64,000 bases of DNA from Macrostomum hystrix. Its lineage: Eukaryota; Animalia; Platyhelminthes. The stretch lies in the NCBI GenBank assembly GCA_950097015.1, contig CATNEN010000039.1, positions 11,966,001 through 12,030,000 of the forward strand, written 5' to 3'. Every line of letters starts with the position of its first letter. Position 1 is the first letter of the stretch. Made by a program: the position numbers and the translations under genes. Below the pieces are notes generated by a model. The model was given only the letters and a program-made list of their open reading frames with translations. It was not told the DNA's origin and did not search any database. Below are positions 1 through 10,667 of the stretch, one piece after another.

Positions 1-310
1 TGAATCCCAGATCTCTCAGGACAGTTCAGCCCATCCTTCAGGGACTGAATCCCAGATCTCTCAGGACAGTTCAGCCCATCCTTCAGGGACTGAATCCCAG
101 GTGTCTCAGGACAGTTCAGCCCATCCTTCAGGGACTGAATCCCAGATCTCTCAGGACAGTTCAGCCCATCCTTCAGGGACTGAATCCCAGATCTCTCAGG
201 ACAGTTCAGCCCATCCTTCAGGGACTGAATCCCAGATCTCTCAGGACAGTTCAGCCCATCCTTCAGGGACTGAATCCCAGATCTCTCAGGACAGTTCAGC
301 CCATCCTTCA
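1..310. repeat. 45-bp minisatellite (about 7 copies, runs off the window start) ending at an AG just upstream of ERH
   Basis: Unit TGAATCCCAGATCTCTCAGGACAGTTCAGCCCATCCTTCAGGGAC with period 45. Confidence 0.95.
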
Positions 311-336
311 GTGACACTAGAATCCGCTTCAGCGGC

Positions 337-648
337 ATGTCTCATGCCATTCTGCTAGTTCAGCCGGACCTTAATCGGCTCGATGGTCGCATCTGGGCTG
401 ACTACGACAGCATCAACGCCTGCCTCGAGGGCGTCTGTCGCATCTTTGAGGAGCATCTAAAAAAGACGCATCTGCACTCGCCGACCATCAGCTACGACAT
501 TGGGCAGTTGTTTAACTTCATTGACAGCCTTGGCGATCTGAGCTGTCTAGTACTCAACAGGCCCAGTGGAACCTACGTTCCGCATAACAAAGTCTGGATC
601 AAAGAGCGGCTATATGTGCTGCTGCGCAAGCAGTCAGATGGTCACTAA
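337..648 (+). CDS. ERH: Enhancer of rudimentary homolog, intronless, 103 aa
   Basis: MSHAILLVQP...WADYDSINACLEGVCRIFEEHLK...ISYDIGQLFNFIDSLGDLSCLV...YVPHNKVWIKERLYVLLRKQ matches the ERH signature over its full length. Confidence 0.95.
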   Translation: MSHAILLVQPDLNRLDGRIWADYDSINACLEGVCRIFEEHLKKTHLHSPTISYDIGQLFNFIDSLGDLSCLVLNRPSGTYVPHNKVWIKERLYVLLRKQSDGH

Positions 649-2011
649 CTGATCTTGCCACCCTATGCTTGACTCAGTGATGATTTCAATTGTTTTTGTT
701 CTCGACACAGATACTATACTCTAACTATACTATAACTATAATAACATAATATAGTTAATATGGTATCTGTGGTTGTCTGAGATAGCTTTAAGTTCTATGC
801 GGCACAAAGAAAGCGCTAGTTAGCTAAGTTAGCTGGCCTTGTTTTGGTGTACATCTTCACTTTATGTTATTCTGTCAGAGACCCCCACCCCTAAGCTGGC
901 TGCGTGTGATATCGAATCTCTCTCCTCCCGACTCCCGACTCCCCCTACTTTATCGATCGCGCCGCGCCTTTCCATGCAAGCCTCTACGCCGTCACTTATC
1001 TCTCTATTTTATTGCCTTTCCTCGTCGCATCCTAAAGAGGGTTAAGCTGCTATGTACACTTCTGACGCTGCCAGCCAATGTACAATTTTGACTGAAGTGG
1101 TATTGAAATCTTGTGCGTCTCGTTGAAGTTTATCTAACTATCTTCCGCACAGAATAGCAACAGCTTTCCTTACTTGCTACTGAATAGAAAGTAGCGAAAC
1201 TATTTTACAACAGAAGAGTAAGTGGAAGTGGCCCATCTAGTTAATTTAATATCTGTGGTTCTCGACTACATTTTTTGTGTTTTAACTTTAGTTGTTATAA
1301 AACAGATTTTTGCGGTTTTTAAGGTTTTTTTAATGTGTTTTTGAAAGAAGCTGTAAATTATTTACTACAATATAAAATCTATTTTAAAAACGTCCTAACA
1401 TGTGTTCTTAAACACGTTATGAAATGTCTTCTAGACCAAAGGAAGCTTGTATTCCATTCGTGTATTTGTCCTATTAGCTTTAGTTTAATGGTGTTCCAAA
1501 GCACATTCTTTTATATTGAACTCAAGAAAATTCTTAAATTCTATAGTCGTTTAACATTGTGTTCCTGCACCTGTAATTAATCTGTCTTGTCTTATCTTAC
1601 TTCTAATATTACTATACTAAAGCGAATATAATACACGTGTAATTTTTCGTTTGGCACTACTAATGTATAAAACTGGATATTACAATGGCAGTCTTAAGTC
1701 GTTGCTAGTTAATATTTGTTTATAATAATAAGAGATTATTATCCCACACAGACAAAGCGACCAACACATTTACATAATATTTATTGACAGCAACTTTAAT
1801 AATTAAATTTGCCAAATCTAGCATTTTTTTCGTGTTCCATGTTTTGTACTACGAACTCGTAGTGTGCTACTGTTAGTAATCGCTTGGTAGATATGAATCC
1901 CATGCAATGGTAAATTAAATTATACCGTTATTGCTGCAGGTGTTGCGAGATGTGTGCTTATTCCAAAGTAAAAAGTTTTAAACGAAATGAGCTTCGTGTG
2001 TAGTTTTTCTT

Positions 2012-2662
2012 TGGGTAGATGACCTTCAGTAGGTCATTCACCTTTTCCTTGGGTAGATGATCCTCTATTTCCTCGGTACACAATCCCCTATTTCTTTAGT
2101 AGACCATCCCCTATTTCATTATTAGACAATCCCCTACTACCTCGGTAGAATATCCCCTATTTCTTCGGTAGACAATCCCCTATTTCTTCGGTAGACAATC
2201 CCCTATTTCCTCGGTAGACAATCCCCTGTTTCTTTAGTAGACAATCCCCTATTTCTTCAGTAGATGATCCCCTATTTCTTCAGTAGATGATCCCCTATTT
2301 CTTCAGTAGATGATCCCCTATTTCATCAGTAGATGATCCCCTATTTCTTCAGTAGATGATCCCCTATTTCTTTGGTAGATGATCCCTATTTCTTCGGTCG
2401 ATGATTCACTATTTCTGTGGTAGATAATCCCCTATTTTCGGTAGATGATCCCTATTTCTTCAGTAGATGATCCCCTACTTCTTCCGTAGACAATCCCCTA
2501 TTTCTTCGGTAGACAATCCACTATTTCTTTTGTAGATGATCCCCTATTTCTTTGGTAGATGATCCCTATATCTTCGGTAGATGATCCCTTATTTCTTCGG
2601 TGGATGATCCCCTATTTCTTCGGTAGATGATCCCTTATTTCTTCGGTGGATGATCCCCTATT
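2012..2662. repeat. 23-bp minisatellite
   Basis: Unit AGTAGATGATCCCCTATTTCTTC, degenerate at the left end. Confidence 0.9.
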
Positions 2663-3276
2663 CCCAATAGCAAGCCAAGGTCCGCATACTATAGCAGGCA
2701 CTGAGTCAGCGGTTCTGAATGCCCGATGCATCCGAGGCGGAGCTGATGGCTAAGGTCGGCGCCATAATATGTTATTTTCTTCTTCGCGTTTTTATGAGGC
2801 CGGTTTTATTATCGCTGCTGCTTTTTAGGAGATCCAGCTCGAGACGCCAGGTGCCGCGGCATATTTGAGCACATTTGAGTACCGCTCAGCCTTCGCGTTT
2901 GTCCGGCTGGCTTGTTTTAGCCCCTGTGGGATCTAAGCAGATAGGAATATTATCTGTAATGATCCCATCTGCTGCAACAGAGCGGTATTTTATGTGCCAT
3001 CCTCATGTCTTGCTTTTCCCAGCTTCTGCCCCAATGGGCTGAGAGCCGATGCGAGCGGCCTCATAAACTCAAATCCCATATTTTCTGTTCGGCACTATAG
3101 GCAGGAATATTTCATTCGCGCCAGCTGAATTTGATCGTAAATATTTCCTCGCTCTCTTCGAACCGTTATATTGCCCGCCGGGGAGTGCCGTTTTGTATTC
3201 CTCAATTCGGATCGACTGAGTTGGACACGGAAGATGCAAACTGGACTCAGGATAGTATGCTAGTAGGATAGTATTT

Positions 3277-3650
3277 CTGAAATTCGGAAACCCGACAATC
3301 GCCAAACCGAAACTCGGAAACCCAACAATCATTATCCCCAAACTCGGAAACCCAACAATCATTATCCCCAAATTCGGTAACCCAACAATCATTATCCCCA
3401 AATTCGGTAACCCAACAATCATTATCCCCAAATTCGGTAACCCAACAATCATTATCCCCAAATTCGGTAACCCAACAATCATTATCCCCAAATTCGGTAA
3501 CCCAACAATCATTATCCCCAAATTCGGTAACCCAACAATCATTATCCCCAATTCGGTAACCCAACAATCATTATCCCCAAATTCGGTAACCCAACAATCA
3601 TTATCCCCAAATTCGGAAACCCAACAATCACCAGCCTGAAATTCGGAATC
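3277..3650. repeat. 30-bp minisatellite
   Basis: Unit AATTCGGTAACCCAACAATCATTATCCCCA; explains the periodic ORFs at 3069-3567. Confidence 0.95.
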
Positions 3651-4564
3651 TGACTCAGTATTCAGGCAGATATTGATGCATGAAGATTTAGGGACTCGAG
3701 ATTAATGACTGGCTGTAGCCCTTAGTTACTATTAGATCCTTTCGATCTGCGATGTACAGGCACATTAATTAAAGATTGGAGCTATGGCGCATTATTAATT
3801 CAATGAAATATAAATAGACTTGTTGCCAAGTGCATGTCCAGGCAGTTAAGTTAAAAGTGGCAATCTAAGTTTTTATTAACAATGGCTTTCATATTATTTC
3901 CGCTAATGTGATTCCTGTTGCTATAGGAAATTGAAATGCAATAATAGCAAGATCCCATATGGGGCACTTTACAATGCTTGACTAATGCGCCCACAAAATC
4001 GCGCCCTAGAAGTGACTGCAACATTTTTCAGTGGCTTCATACTATTTAGCAACATAGCTACAGGCTAGAGAATACAATATAATATAAACTATTTGCAATA
4101 TAATGGCAGTTAAACTGGGCCAGCTGCCAAGAACCCACAATGTACGAGAACTAGTTCATTAACTAACCGGTGCGGCTTCGAAAAATTGTCCAGAAATTCG
4201 GAGCAATGAGGTTGGTGTCGGTTGGCGGTGAGGCTATCGTCTGGTGTTTTTTCCGGGCAACGTAGAGAGAGAATGTAAAAAATATCTATTTGCCTATTTT
4301 TATTTCTGGCTTATTTGCATGCGTTTTCAAATGGGACATGTATACGAGCTAGAGAGAATCCGATGCTTAGGTCTGTGTTTACATCCCGATTCAATTGTTT
4401 GTTTATCTGCATCGAAGCTTATAAGATACAGCCCTATTTATCGATCTCTAAATGTACTTTTGCGCAACAGAAGGATAAAAGGCCAGCGAAGTCGTTGGTC
4501 GACTTTAAACAATTCGACAATTCGACCACTTAGAACAAAGAATTACGAAAACCAGACTTCAAAC

Positions 4565-5252
4565 TGAAATTCGGAAACCCAAAACTACCCTACTCGAAAT
4601 TCTAACCCGAAATTCGGAAACCCAACAATTACCAACCCGAAATTCGGAAACCCAACAATCACCAACATAAAATTCGGAAACCCAACAATTACCAACCCGA
4701 AATTCGGAAACCCAACAATCACCAACATAAAATTCGGAAACCCAACAATTACCAACCCGAAATTCGGAAACCCAACAATCACCAACGCGAAATTCGGAAA
4801 CCCAACAATCACCAACATAAAATTCGGAAACCCAACAATTACCAACCCGAAATTCGGAAACCCAACAATCACCAACCCGAAATTCGGAAACCCAACAATC
4901 ACCAACCCGAAATTCGGAATCCCAACAATCACCAACTCGAAATTCGGAATCCCAACAATCACCAACTCGAAATTCGGAAACCCAACAATCACCAACATAA
5001 AATTCGGAAACCCAACAATTACCAACCCGAAATTCGGAAACCCAACAATCACCAACATAAAATTCGGAAACCCAACAATCACCAACTCGAAATTCGGAAA
5101 CGCAACAATCACCAACCCGAAATTCGGAAACCCAACAAACACCAACCCGAAATTCGGAAACCCAACAAACACCAACCCGAAATTCGGAAACCCAACAAAC
5201 ACCAACCCCAAATTCGGAAACCCAACAAACACCAACCCCAAATTCGGAAACC
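4565..5252. repeat. 30-bp minisatellite, same family as 3277-3650
   Basis: Unit AATTCGGAAACCCAACAATCACCAACCCGA. Confidence 0.95.
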
Positions 5253-6287
5253 TGCCAGTCTTCAGCCTGAAAAGCAAATGGGACTAAGTTAGAAAATTCA
5301 GCGAAGCATTTTTCTTTACAACCTTTGAAAAGAAGCATTCAAAATCATTGTACTGAGCCATGGGGGTAGAAAGTCTTGATGAGTTTGTATGCAAAGAAAC
5401 GTAGCATAGCTTCTAAAAACTGACTATACAAAACAGGCTTGAGATAATTTAATTTATTACACTGGCCGGTGGACCAGTGAAAGAGAGGGAGAAAGATTTT
5501 GTTAAAAAAAATTACAGCGAACTAAACCTGCATCAATAGTGACTAGTAGCTCGTATATATAAAGAGAGTCTATATAGATTAAATAACTGTAAGTCATCAG
5601 GTAGCCAGAGCAATAAACCTGTCCGCAGACTTTGCCTGCAGCTCTCACTCGGGGCGCATTTTACTTTGGCATTTACCCCATATAGGGGCATGAATAATAG
5701 ATAAAGCCAGGCACCAACCTAAGCCCTCACCTAAGCTCCGCTCTCTCTGATTGATTACAGCAAAGGCATTTTTTGCCGACTGGTAAAGATGGCACCCGTT
5801 TCTGGTGTTGCGAAGCAGCAGAAGCAGCAGCTACCACCGAGAGATATGGAGACAGAGGCAGAAAATGCCACCCTTCACTGATAAGGAGGCCGCTATCATC
5901 GGGCGCCAAACTACCATTTTTTGTGGTATAGTTATTACCTCACAATACCACAGATACACCCGACAGATAGTGTCTGATTATGCACTTACACTTGGTGAAA
6001 ACACACGAATAAATTCGTTTTTGAACCTATTTTTAAAACTTAAGTTGATCATGAGATAGGTAAAAAAGTGTCTGCCAGTTTTAGATATACTCGTAGTGAG
6101 TTGTGCGTAAAGGAAGCGTATTGTCTGCCATTTAAACTCGAACAAAAAATGTAACAATTAATAAAAATGTTCTCTGGGGAACTATTTTCAAAGGTCGTGT
6201 TCTGCTAAATGGAAGTTTAAAAAATGTATTCTTGCCTGATAAAATCTCGTTCTGAGGAAAATTTCTGTGGGCAAAGCTCGTTTTGAA

Positions 6288-6636
6288 GGGGTCGGTGGCA
6301 GAGCGGTTATCGCGTTTGCCTCTCGCACCAAGGTCCCTAAGTTCGATTCCAGGGCGAGGCCATTTGGGGCGCAGCCGCGGAGAGAAGGCTTGGGGGCTTG
6401 TCGTGCAATTTACGCCCTTGAGGGCCAACCTCCAAGGCACAGTGAAATGTACACTGCCTGACGATGAGAAAGTCAGCGCAGATGTACACACCTGTATGAG
6501 CGTATGCCTGCGTACAGCATCTGTGTGTGTGCTCAGGAGTCAGCGAAATGGGCAGAATTGCCTCATCGCTGGCTGCGGGTCTAGTGTCACTAAATGATGT
6601 GCCACTGCCCGCAGCTCTCCTGCAATTATCATTATT
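6288..6636 (+). mobile_element. tRNA-derived SINE (family A), full-length copy
   Basis: A box TGGCAGAGCGG, B box GTTCGATTCC, body shared with at least 8 other copies in the window, 3' end GCCCGCAGC.CTCCTGCA plus a (TTA)n-like tail. Confidence 0.85.
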
Positions 6637-6659
6637 AAGCTCGTTTTGTGTGAGGGCGG

Positions 6660-6903
6660 TGAGGGGCAGAGTGGTATAACGCGTTTGCCTCTCGCACCGA
6701 GGTCCTGAGCTCGATTCCGCATCGTGGCTCATTCATTTCGGGCGCAGCCGCAGCCGCAGCCAACCTCCAAGGCACAGTGAGAGTGTACAGTGCCTGACGA
6801 TGGGAAAGTCAGGACAGATTTGCACACCTGTGTGAGTGTGTGTCTGTCCAGTGTCACCAAATGATGTGCCATTGCCCGCATCCCTCCTGCAATTATGATT
6901 ATA
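6660..6903 (+). mobile_element. SINE family A, internally deleted copy in tandem with the previous one
   Basis: GGCAGAGTGG...GCGTTTGCCTCTCGCACC...GCTCGATTCCGC...CAACCTCCAAGGCACAGTGAGAGTG...CCTCCTGCAATTATG. Confidence 0.8.
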
Positions 6904-7457
6904 TTAAAAAGCACATTGTTCGTTGAGCCGTTGCATCAAAGTGCCGTTCTCTTGAACCATTCGGAAATCTTAGACCACTGTGTTGGGTCCACAGTGTGTG
7001 TTTGTGTGTGGTCCCACCTTAAACGCAGTAAACTCAGATACACTTGTAATAGTGTCTGAAATGGAAAATAAAGGAATTAGTTCTGCGCATAACGCACAGA
7101 TTTCAGCTGCATTCCCTATTTTCGAACTTGTCTTTTTCTCTCTATCAAGTCGTGTAGAGCTATCTGATTTTGCAGCCTGTTTACAATAGAAATGTGCCGT
7201 GTTTGCTTAAACATTCTCGCTCAGAAACTGCGCGTCAGCATGTGCAACTCCCTAAATCTATCTCGATACTTTGGTTAGAAGCCAAAGTTCTTTTCCGTCC
7301 TCTTTTGCAACTGTTTAAAATCATTTTCCGAGACGGTTGCGCAGACTGAATGAAAGGATTAGTCGTGATTTTAGCCTCTTGCGTGTGCGTGTTTCAGCAT
7401 GACCCATGTATTTAGCCTGAATTTATTCCAGACAATGCACTGGCAGCACTGCACCAC

Positions 7458-8090
7458 TTACAGCCTCTGACTGTGGGATTTACAGCCTCTGACTGTGGGA
7501 TTTACAGCCTCTGACTGTGGGATTTACAGCCTCTGACTGTGGGATTTACAGCCTCTGACTGTGGGATTTACAGCCTCTGACTGTGGGATTTACAGCCTCT
7601 GACTGTGGGATTTACTGCCTCTGACTGTGGGATTTACTGCCTCTGACTGTGGGATTTACAGCCTCTGACTGTGGGATTTACAGCCTCTGACTGTGGGATT
7701 TACAGCCTCTGACTGTGGGATTTACAGCCTCTGACTGTAGGATTTACAGCCTCTGACTGTGGGATTTACAGCCTCTGACTGTGGGATTTACAGCCTCTGA
7801 CTGTGGGATTTACAGCCTCTGACTGTGGGATTTACAGCCTCTGACTGTGGGATTTACAGTCTCTGACTGTGGGATTTACAGTCTCTGACTGTGGGATTTA
7901 CAGCCTCTGACTGTGGGATTTACAGTCTCTGACTGTGGGATTTACAGCCTCTGACTGTGGGATTTACAGCCTCTGACTGTGGGATTTACAGCCTCTGACT
8001 GTGGGATTTACAGCCTCGGACTGTGGGATTTACAGCCTCTGACTGTGGGATTTACTGCCTCTGACTGTGGGATTTACTGCCTCTGACTAG
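7458..8090. repeat. 22-bp minisatellite
   Basis: Unit TTTACAGCCTCTGACTGTGGGA. Confidence 0.95.
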
Positions 8091-8104
8091 GATTTGCAAT
8101 GCCA

Positions 8105-8595
8105 AACTGGGATATACAATGTGTGACTGGGATATACAATGTGTGACTGGGATATACAATGTGTGACTGGGATATACAATGTCTGACTGGGATATACAAT
8201 GTGTGACTGGTATAAACAATGTGTGACTGGGATATACAATGTGTGACTGGGATATACAATGTCTGACTGGGATATACAATGTGTGACTGGTATAAACAAT
8301 GTGTGACTGGGATATACAATGTGTGACTGGGATATACAATGTGTGACTGGGATATACAATGTGTGACTGGGATATACAATGTGTGACTGGGATATACAAT
8401 GTGTGACTGGGATATACAATGTGTGACTGGGATATACAATGTGTGACTCGGATATACAATGTGTGACTGGGATATACAATGTGTGACTGGTATAAACAAT
8501 GTGTGACTGGGATATACAATGTCTGACTGTGATATACAATGTGTGACTGGGATATACAATGTGTGACTGGGACATACAATGTGTGACTGGTATTT
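8105..8595. repeat. 20-bp minisatellite abutting the 22-bp array
   Basis: Unit GACTGGGATATACAATGTGT. Confidence 0.95.
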
Positions 8596-8904
8596 ACAAA
8601 GTCTGCTTTAAAAGGTTAAAAGATTGTTATTGCTCAAATATCTAAAAGACAGTAAAAACATTCTAGTTTTCGGTTGTAGTTTTCTAAGAAATTTTTGGAC
8701 AAAGGTAAACAGTTTTCGTGTACACCAACGCTTAAGTTCCCTCACATATATTATAAGAAACTGCATGTACAGTATACATGCCACACCATCATTACACAAT
8801 TTTCCAATAAGGAATTGCAAGAATTTAAATAAGAAGTAGTTATTGCACTTGCTTTTTCCTAAACGTTGTATAAATATATGTTTGGTAATATGGGATCGGA
8901 CAGG

Positions 8905-9600
8905 ATAAACTGGGATGGGTTGATACTGGACTGGATGGAATGATACAAGATGTGATGGGATGGTACAGGATGGGATGGGATGTTACAGGATGTGATGGGA
9001 TGGTACAGGATGGGATGGGATGTTACAGGATGGGATGGGATGGTACAGGATGGGATAGGATAGTACAGGATGTGATGGGATGGTACAGGATGGGATGGGA
9101 TGGTACAGGATGGGATGGGATGGTACAGGATGTGATGGGATAGTACAGGATGTGATGGGATGGTACAGGATGTGATGGGGTGGTACAGGATGTGATGGGA
9201 TAGTACAGGATGTGATGGGATAGTACAGGATGTGATGGGATAGTACAGGATGTGATGGGATAGTACAGGATGGGATGGGATGGTACAGGATGTGATGGGA
9301 TGGTACAGGATGGGATGGGATGGTACAGGATGGGATGGGATGGTACAGGATGGGATGGGATGGTACAGGATGGGATGGGATGGTACAGGATGGGATAGGA
9401 TAGTACAGGATGGGATGGGATGGTACAGGATGGGATGGGATGGTACAGGATGTGATGGGATGGTACAGGATGGGATGGGATGGTACATGATGGGATGGGA
9501 TGGTACAGGATGGGATAGGATAGTACAGGATGGGATGGGGTGGTACAGGATGGGATGGAATGGTACAGGATGTGACGGGATAGTACGCGATGGGAATGGG
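8905..9600. repeat. (GGGAT)-based 20-bp minisatellite
   Basis: Unit TGGTACAGGATGGGATGGGA with variants. Confidence 0.95.
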
Positions 9601-10069
9601 ATTTGGAGTTGAAGTGGATAAAATGTAATTTAGAGCTAGAATTGCTAACGAGAAGTGTCACGAAAATGATGCTAATCGAGATTCGCCAATATGATTAATA
9701 AGAATGACAGGCATTGTTTACCGAAAGAATCGAAAACTTCGACACTATGAGACTGATAAGCAATTTGTTTTTTAGCCAGAAGTCATTTTACTTATAGAAG
9801 CACAGCAGCAAGCTAGCAATAGCCGTTAAACAGTAACTCATTGAATAACAAATATATAATATTTGTAAGCAATAACTAGTTCAAAGCGACGTACGAGCGT
9901 ACTAGTAAACGACTATATTTACGACAGTAAAGATTTTTCTCCAAAGAAACAATTATGTACAAAAGTGATTGCTTAATTTTTCAACCAGTTTTGAAAAAAA
10001 CTGGAAAAACGTAACGTATTCTGACATCAAATCCTTTTTTAAACAAAAGAAAAACAGGAGATTCGGGAC

Positions 10070-10480
10070 ACAGGATCGAACTTGGGATCTGGGAAGATCG
10101 AGCTGCGAATTTGAGGATCTAAGAAGATATAGATCCCAAATTCAGGATCTGGGAAGATATGGAACCTAATTCGAGGATATGTGAAGATCTAGATCCCGAT
10201 TTGAGGATCTGGGAAGATATGGAACCTAATTCGAGGATATGTGAAGATCTAGATCCCGATTTGAGGATCTGGGAAGATCTAGATCCCGATTTGAGGATCT
10301 GGGAAGATATAGATCCCAATTTGAGGATCTGGGGAGATATAGATCCCAATTTGAGGATCTGGGAAGATATAGATCCCAATTTGAGGATCTGGGGAGATAT
10401 AGATCCCAATTTGAGGATCTGGGAAGATATAGATCCCAATTTGAGGATCTGGGGAGATATAGATCCCAATTTGAGGAACT
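10070..10480. repeat. 30-bp minisatellite downstream of Frizzled
   Basis: Unit TTGAGGATCTGGGAAGATATAGATCCCAAT. Confidence 0.9.
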
Positions 10481-10667
10481 GGTAGCCACTATCGTTGCAA
10501 TAATTAAGGAGCTGCAAGAGATTTGTTAACTCAGTCTGGGAATCATGGGGGTCTGGGAGAACGGTGTAATTAAAATGCATACTTTAGCTAGTCTTAGGTC
10601 CGACAGACAATAAACTTTGACCTTGACGCCGAAAATCTCTGTAGGCCTTCAAAACTGCAGCCTTGAG

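Noticed and set aside
2665-3270. GC-richer island with a PNRKYGI peptide reminiscent of piggyBac transposase
   Set aside because: Too short, with no other transposase motifs or TIRs recognisable.
6445-6490. CTGACGA...GAAA-GTC in SINE A, resembling a hammerhead ribozyme core
   Set aside because: Only 3 nt lie between CTGACGA and GAAA and there is no stem III; the segment folds better as a simple hairpin. An Infernal scan would be needed to revive the idea.
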